Source: a phage. Taken from it: 46,716 nucleotides of DNA. The notes below the pieces were generated by a model. That model was given only the letters and a program-made list of their open reading frames with translations. It had not been told where the DNA came from and did no database searches. This document shows positions 37,292 through 46,716 of the stretch, in pieces. The translations under genes were made by a program, and so were the position numbers. Every line of letters begins with the position of its first letter. Position 1 is the first letter of the stretch. Where the stretch lies: assembly GCA_018580065.1 (NCBI GenBank), contig GCA_018580065.1_4845.1; one strand, written 5' to 3'.

Positions 37292-37743
37292 TTTTTCCAG
37301 AAGGCGTTAAGGTATATGGTGATTTAGATTACAGAAACAAAAAGTGCCCGTCAGAAGATGCTGAGCTTGAGACTTTTGTGAATCAGATAAGGAAGCTATA
37401 TCCTGACTTTGCAAGAGTTATGATTCATGTACCAAATGAAGGAAAGCGTAAAGGGTATGAAGTTGAAAACCTGAAGAAAAAAGGCGCGCTAAACTTCGGG
37501 GCGTCAGACATCATTATCATCGGAAAGCAATCATTCGTTATGGAGATGAAAAGAATGGATCATACTTTATCAAAATGGCAGCCCGGTCAAATGGCATACC
37601 TAAAGGCGGCAAAAGAATTAGGTTCCTTCGCGTGTGTATGCCTTGGCTGGGAAGCTGCAATGATGGCATTTAACGACTGGAGAGCAATGAATTACCCAAA
37701 CTATAAGAAACCATCAGAGCCATTGATATTTGATGGTTTTTAG
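37288..37743 (+). CDS. VRR-NUC domain nuclease
   Basis: 151 aa from ATG overlapping helicase stop (ATGA); VMIHVPNEG...GASDIIIIGK...EMKR motifs; ends at amber TAG 37741-37743. Confidence 0.6.
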   Translation: MIFPEGVKVYGDLDYRNKKCPSEDAELETFVNQIRKLYPDFARVMIHVPNEGKRKGYEVENLKKKGALNFGASDIIIIGKQSFVMEMKRMDHTLSKWQPGQMAYLKAAKELGSFACVCLGWEAAMMAFNDWRAMNYPNYKKPSEPLIFDGF

Positions 37744-37860
37744 CAACCACGCCAGCAATCAGGCCAACAACCGCAAAGACAACAGCAGCCACCAAAACAA
37801 CAAAGACCACAAGGAGGCAATGAGCCTCCGATTGACTTCGACGATTCGATACCCTTCTAG
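37744..37860 (+). other. in-frame post-stop extension encoding SSB-like disordered linker and acidic tip
   Basis: 38 sense codons after TAG translate to QPRQQSGQQPQRQQQPPKQQRPQGGNEPPIDFDDSIPF, then TAG. Confidence 0.5.
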
Positions 37861-37865
37861 ATGAT

Positions 37866-37905
37866 AAAACCAACCCCGCCGAAGCGGGGTTGGTTTTCCA
37901 TTGTT
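37866..37905. terminator. strong bidirectional intrinsic terminator
   Basis: 12-bp stem AACCAACCCCGC-cgaa-GCGGGGTTGGTT with flanking A/T runs; between convergent operons. Confidence 0.75.
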
Positions 37906-37986
37906 TAATCACCATCCATTCGCCAACAAGCGGGTCAGTTACGGAGAGATAAGCCACAGTCAGCCCATGAATATCCACACTAAGCA

Positions 37987-39897
37987 TTAAGCGCCCTTCA
38001 TCACAGCATACTGGCCCAGGGAGGCACGCACCACCGTGAACTCCGCAGCAGACAGGGGTGGAATAGCATACGGGTTATTAACTCCAAGGCCCAGAATCTG
38101 CTGCCCAATCACAGGGTAGACGTTCACAGTGTGCGCTGTACCATTATAAATAATCACACTGTAACCATCACCTGCATCAGTAGTACTGGTAAGTTTAACA
38201 CCAGTACCGGCGCTCCCTGATTCCACAAACACGCGACTAGCGGTATTACCATACCCAGTAGCAGTTGCCTGATCACCACCTGCCGCTGTAACTACGGCAA
38301 TGGGTACATTGTCAGCTTTAACCACTTTACGCACAATCTGAGCTTTACCGCCGGATACAACCACGTCCAGATCATCCGTAGCATGTGGAGTGCCCTGCAC
38401 TGCTACGTGCGTAGTGCTAGCGGTATAGCCTCGGATACGAATACTATTGTAACCGGCGCTATCCCCTACGTACAGCGTGCCACCATCTTGACCATTAGCG
38501 ATACAGTCAATCACGGAGCCAGACACACCACCAAAGCCTCCGGCCAGTTGCACACCAATCGCCGGTGGTAGACCAATTCCTTTGTACTCCTCACCGATGT
38601 AGCAGGATATGCGAGCGTTAGAGCCTGCTAGGACAATGTTTGCACCGGACCACGGGTAGTAGACCTTACAGGACTCACTCAGGGTAAAGTTGTTAGCCTC
38701 TACAAATACGTTTGTATCAGCTCCCTCGAAGTGTGAGGTGTCGAACTCATTACCCTCTGCTGGGCGGGATACCTTGAGAGCATACTTAGAACGAGCATCA
38801 TCAGCACTAGTCCAGCAGTGTACGCCTGACCAACGGGCATTACCGCGCTCAAGCCACAGACCGGAGTAGGTGCTAGCCGTATTCTGACCGGAGCTGATAA
38901 TAATGATATCGGAGCACACACTGTCATGTGGTCCTGCAAAGCGCCATCCGTCCTCGCCAGATTTATCAATAAGAATATTTTTGAAGGAGCCCTCCATACC
39001 ACCGCTGGCGTTACCTGAGTCGGCCCACTCGGTGCGCATACCGTTACGACCGCAGTTGATGATATTGACGCCCTCTACGCGGATACGGAAGCCATACAGG
39101 GCGATACCAGAACCGGTAGCATTGTTGGCCTTGTTCCCGTCGATGGTGAGGTTCTTAATGATAGTACCATCTACACCACCCAGGGACTGTGTGCCCCACA
39201 GGGCATCAGCACCATCGCTGTAGATACAGGCTGCGTTAGTCCCGTTCTTCAGCTTCAGGAACGAGCGCTCCTGCCCAACACCTTGGATAGTAGTCTTGGA
39301 GTAAACAGTCAGCCTGCCAACCAGAGTAGTACCCTCTGGTACACGGCAGGGTTTACCTGTAAGTTTGTTCTCATTAATGGCAGCCTGGAAGTTAGCGGTA
39401 TCGTCGGTTACACCATCACACTTACAACCCCACCCGCGAATATCACCCTCATCACGCCAGCGTTGAATCTGAATTGATGGAATCAGTTTATAACCATCGT
39501 TTGATGCCAATTCCGTTCTCAATGATGCATCACCAACACTAATCCACGCGCCAAAACCAACTCCGCCGGAATTTTCAGGAGTTGAAGCGGCAGAAACGGT
39601 TTTAGGAAATTCACCATCCCAGCGGTAATATTCTCCAGTGGATTCGTATCGCAATACCTGATTAGGCAATGTCAGCGTTGCGCCATCCTCGAAGCTATCC
39701 ATTGTGATATATCCATAGTTACGAATAGCTTCTTCTGCTGTGTATTGGAACCCAGCAATTGTCCAGCGGCGCACTCCGAATCTGTCGGTATAGTAATGCG
39801 CGTCAGATGTCACTACCTCGTCAATCTTACCAGCATTAAATTTCAGGTCGCGCGGGTCTTCTGACGGAATTGGTTTATTCGTTGGTGTGGTAGCCAT
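37987..39897 (-). CDS. tailspike protein with right-handed beta-helix (pectate-lyase-like) domain
   Basis: 636 aa; N-terminal anchor-like domain, then Gly/Asn/Ser/Thr-rich repetitive rungs typical of beta-helix depolymerases. Confidence 0.7.
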   Translation of the reverse strand: MATTPTNKPIPSEDPRDLKFNAGKIDEVVTSDAHYYTDRFGVRRWTIAGFQYTAEEAIRNYGYITMDSFEDGATLTLPNQVLRYESTGEYYRWDGEFPKTVSAASTPENSGGVGFGAWISVGDASLRTELASNDGYKLIPSIQIQRWRDEGDIRGWGCKCDGVTDDTANFQAAINENKLTGKPCRVPEGTTLVGRLTVYSKTTIQGVGQERSFLKLKNGTNAACIYSDGADALWGTQSLGGVDGTIIKNLTIDGNKANNATGSGIALYGFRIRVEGVNIINCGRNGMRTEWADSGNASGGMEGSFKNILIDKSGEDGWRFAGPHDSVCSDIIIISSGQNTASTYSGLWLERGNARWSGVHCWTSADDARSKYALKVSRPAEGNEFDTSHFEGADTNVFVEANNFTLSESCKVYYPWSGANIVLAGSNARISCYIGEEYKGIGLPPAIGVQLAGGFGGVSGSVIDCIANGQDGGTLYVGDSAGYNSIRIRGYTASTTHVAVQGTPHATDDLDVVVSGGKAQIVRKVVKADNVPIAVVTAAGGDQATATGYGNTASRVFVESGSAGTGVKLTSTTDAGDGYSVIIYNGTAHTVNVYPVIGQQILGLGVNNPYAIPPLSAAEFTVVRASLGQYAVMKGA

Positions 39898-39936
39898 TAT
39901 AATAAATGCTCCTTTGTGAATTTGATGTATATTGTA

Positions 39937-43737
<3,801 letters not shown>

Positions 43738-43738
<1 letters not shown>

Positions 43739-46080
43739 TATTCGGTTGCTCTCCGGTTTGCGTTATAGTTTCTGCCAATACTTTGCCCGATTGGTCCATT
43801 GTTCTCAATGTCGCTAACAATGGTCTCAATTGTCACGCTGCCGTCACCATTATCTCTGGCGCTGCTGCTAACCTGCGCTGAGCTGTTATTGATGATGCTA
43901 TTATAAACCACGACGCCACTACCACCTCCGGTAATGTCTTTGTTGCTGATAACGCGACCACTATCGCCCGGTATCATGTACTGGTGACCGTTTGATGCCC
44001 GGAATATCTCAGGCAGGTTATTCTCTCCGACACGGTACATTGAACCTTCCTGTGCGGGGCCACCGTTTTTAAGCGCGCCAGCAATGGATAGTGTTTTTGC
44101 AAGACCAACTGTTGCTGACATTCCTGCCATAGCTGGTGCTGAGTTTGTACCTGCGGTGGCGAGAGAAGTCATTGCTGCTGCTGGAGCCATCGCGGCTGAT
44201 ATCGCTGCCGCCTGAGCCATTGTTGCTGCTGATGCTGCTGCCATTCCAGCCTGACCCATGATTACTGACTGCGCCCACTGGATACCCATTTGAACGAAAG
44301 CATTAATAACGCTGGACAGGATGTTTGAACCAACTGAACGAAGCGCATCTGATACAGACATTGAGCCAGTGAGGATGCCAGTAAGCGCATTTCCAGCGGT
44401 CTGCCCAAAAGCATCAAACGCCGCAGCGGCCGCCTGTGTTGCTGCATTCTGTTGCGACCACTCAGACCACATAGCCTCAAGTCGTTTTTGTCTGTATTGT
44501 TCTTCAATGGTGGCTCTTGTTTGCTGTATCTCTGCCATTTTTTGCGGATACGCCTTGGCATACGCATCCAAATCAGCCATATCTTTTTGATATGACGTTT
44601 CAACAGCAAACATTGGTGAGGTTTGTGATTTTAATGCGCTGTAACCTTTTACTGCATCTATCCTTTTCTTCTCAGCCGCTGCCTGCTCCTTCAGTGCATT
44701 CTTCTGGTCCCAAATCTTAGCGGCGTACTCACCAGCCAGTTTTATTTGCTCCTGAGTGGCGGCCTTGCCAAGCGATTGCTGCGCGTTGAGGATTGCCTGT
44801 TCGCGGGATAACTCGCTGGTAGATGTGGCATTGAGCATGGTTTGCTGGCGTAATTTCTCCAGCTTTTCAGCTACTGATTCAGCTTGTCTTTCTTCGGCGC
44901 TTTTGCCCTTTCCTTTTCCTTTTTTGTCTTTGGTTGGTGCTTGTGCAATCTTCAGGTGTTTTGTTGCTTCAGCCTGTTTCTTTGTCTGCTCGTAACCTTC
45001 TGCTGATGCCTTAACGAATCGCTCAACCTGATCGTTATATTGTTTTTGCTTTTCAATATCGTCATCACCAAAAAGCGCATCAACTCCCATTTGCGCCCAC
45101 GCACCCGGATTTAACTTCGATATAACCGTGGCGAGAGATAAAACCTTATCGCTTGTGCTGGTCGATTTATCACCAAGAAAATCAATGTATTTTGCTAGCT
45201 GGTCGATAATCTCTACCGCTGTTTTTGATGCGCCAGTCGCATCGTTAACAGCAACCACAAGTTTGGAGAATGAAACCTCGAGAGAGCCTACGGCCTGATC
45301 CATTGTGCGAGGAAGTTTTTCAAACTCAGCATTGACGACGCTTGTTCTGTCCTGAATGGCATTTAGCGCATCTTCTGCTGTCAGTTTGCCATCGAGCATT
45401 CTGGCTCGAAGCTCACCCATTGAAATGCCAAGCCCCGCCGCAATTTGGCGTGCAAGTTCAGGCATCTGCTCAAGGATGGAGTTGAACTCTTCCGCACGTA
45501 TTGTGCCAGATGCGATTGACTGACCGAACTGACGTAATGCGTTCGCCATTTCTTCGGTTGATGACCCACCGATTCGACCTATTTTTTGCAGGGTGTCTGT
45601 AAGGTTAAGAACTTGCGCATTTGTTGCGCCAGCCTCTTTCAGTGATGATGTTAATGTCTCCCACAGCTTCGTGGTGTCACTGAGGCTTGCGCCAGTTGTT
45701 GAGGCGATATTTGCCAGTGTGCTGAATGTTTCGTTCGCGGTTTTCGCATCAGTTGACAAGCGAGCAATCCTTGCCTGAAGTTGTGTCATGTTATCGGCAA
45801 CCTCAAGGAATCGCTTTCCCCATTCGATAATCAGTGACACGGATATTGCGCCAGCCAGCATCGACATACTGGTCTTGAGTCCTGAAGCTGCGCCGCCAGC
45901 ATTCTTCATTCCGCTGCCAGCATTTCTGGCGTTTTTATCCAGCTTACCAAGCGCGCTTGTGGTTTTGTTGGTTGATGATTCAAGGTCATCTAAAGTCTTA
46001 TTGGCTGTTGTCGCGCCAGCTTTCAGGCCTTTAACATCCATCCCGACTTCATAGACAATTCCGCCGACTTCTTCAGCCAT
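43738..46080 (-). CDS. tail tape measure protein
   Basis: 780 aa, Ala/Gln-rich helical repeats, Gly/Ala/Met-rich C-terminal region. Confidence 0.85.
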
Positions 46081-46697
46081 TATGTATTCCTCGCTTTTTT
46101 CGCTTTGCGTTCAGCCAGTGCCTTCATGCGCTCACGGTCTGCTTTAGCCTGATCGTACTCTGCCGCGCGCTCTTCTTTCGTTAACCCTTTCGGCTCTGGA
46201 TATTTATTCTTAATCATCATCTGAAACTCTGTCATGGACAGGTTTTCTGCCTCATCGCGCGTCATGTCGAAATGCGTGCGTGCTGAGATAATGTATTGCG
46301 ACGCATGAAACTCATTTGTGGTTTTCTTGCCCTGCTCTTCCAGACGCTCAGGTACTTTGAGTGGTGACTTGCCAATGATGCCATGCTGCATCAGGTTGCG
46401 CGCAATAATAATAATGTCGCTCACTGGCATGATGCCGGGAACGTATCGCACGCCGCGCGGCGTTGGCTTCCAGCCACCAATCAGCACAGAAATATCATCT
46501 TCACAGCATGACTGCATTACGATATAGGCCGCACTCAGTACATGGCGACCATACACTGGTTTGCTGATTGTCTTCATAACCTGCATCTGCGCGCCAAATG
46601 GCAGGTATTCGACGTGCTGCAGCGGCGCAACATAATCAATGCCATTGAGCTTAGCGTATACCTCAACGATTTCCTTTGGTGTGCCAATTTCATTCAT
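46080..46697 (-). CDS. tail assembly chaperone (putative; may be truncated by window edge)
   Basis: 205 aa directly upstream of tape measure; reading frame stays open upstream to the window end. Confidence 0.4.
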   Translation of the reverse strand: MNEIGTPKEIVEVYAKLNGIDYVAPLQHVEYLPFGAQMQVMKTISKPVYGRHVLSAAYIVMQSCCEDDISVLIGGWKPTPRGVRYVPGIMPVSDIIIIARNLMQHGIIGKSPLKVPERLEEQGKKTTNEFHASQYIISARTHFDMTRDEAENLSMTEFQMMIKNKYPEPKGLTKEERAAEYDQAKADRERMKALAERKAKKARNT

Positions 46698-46716
46698 TGC
46701 GCGAAATGATGGCTTG

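Noticed and set aside
37670-37987. 105-aa minus-strand ORF downstream of the tailspike gene
   Set aside because: Overlaps the end of the VRR-NUC gene, the SSB-tail segment and the strong terminator; hydrophobic low-complexity translation of the CAA/CCA-rich region.

Overview
The window reads as a nearly complete, densely coded genome of a tailed dsDNA phage (siphovirus-like, lambda-type head and tail genes, enterobacterial-style sigma70 promoters and intrinsic terminators). No integrase or CI-type lysogeny module is visible, so it is probably virulent. The permutation is such that the major tail gene sits at the left edge and the tail assembly chaperone plus tape measure at the right edge. 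Minus strand carries: major tail (1090..1806), head-tail connector genes (2432..4816), major capsid/decoration/scaffold (8248..11200), a lysis cassette (15074..16509), portal and head morphogenesis (19529..21869), terminase small and large subunits (24052..26021), an early operon of tiny ORFs (26170..27912), and the tail tip module from tailspike to tape measure (37987..46697). Plus strand carries: a moron cassette (185..1060), one tRNA (CAT anticodon), an island inside the structural region (5525..7977: acidic protein, ParB-like, HNH, beta-clamp-like), and a replication/recombination module (28582..37743: primase-polymerase, Sak4-like ATPase, SSB-tailed protein, SF2 helicase, VRR-NUC). Four homing-endonuclease-like genes of three families are present. 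The most unusual signals are: (1) an in-frame, stop-separated E. coli SSB-like C-terminal tail after the VRR-NUC gene; (2) a truncated lysozyme-like ORF fused onto the lysis cassette; (3) a 10-12 nt motif (T)TGACGTAGA(T/A)T recurring at 16 or more intergenic sites; (4) an AT-rich block plus GCTTCCC iteron array upstream of the replication module; (5) a ~430 nt structured non-coding stretch in front of the tRNA. All functional calls are by eye from motifs and synteny; no database search was run. Internal start codons were chosen from RBS context and may be off by a few codons.
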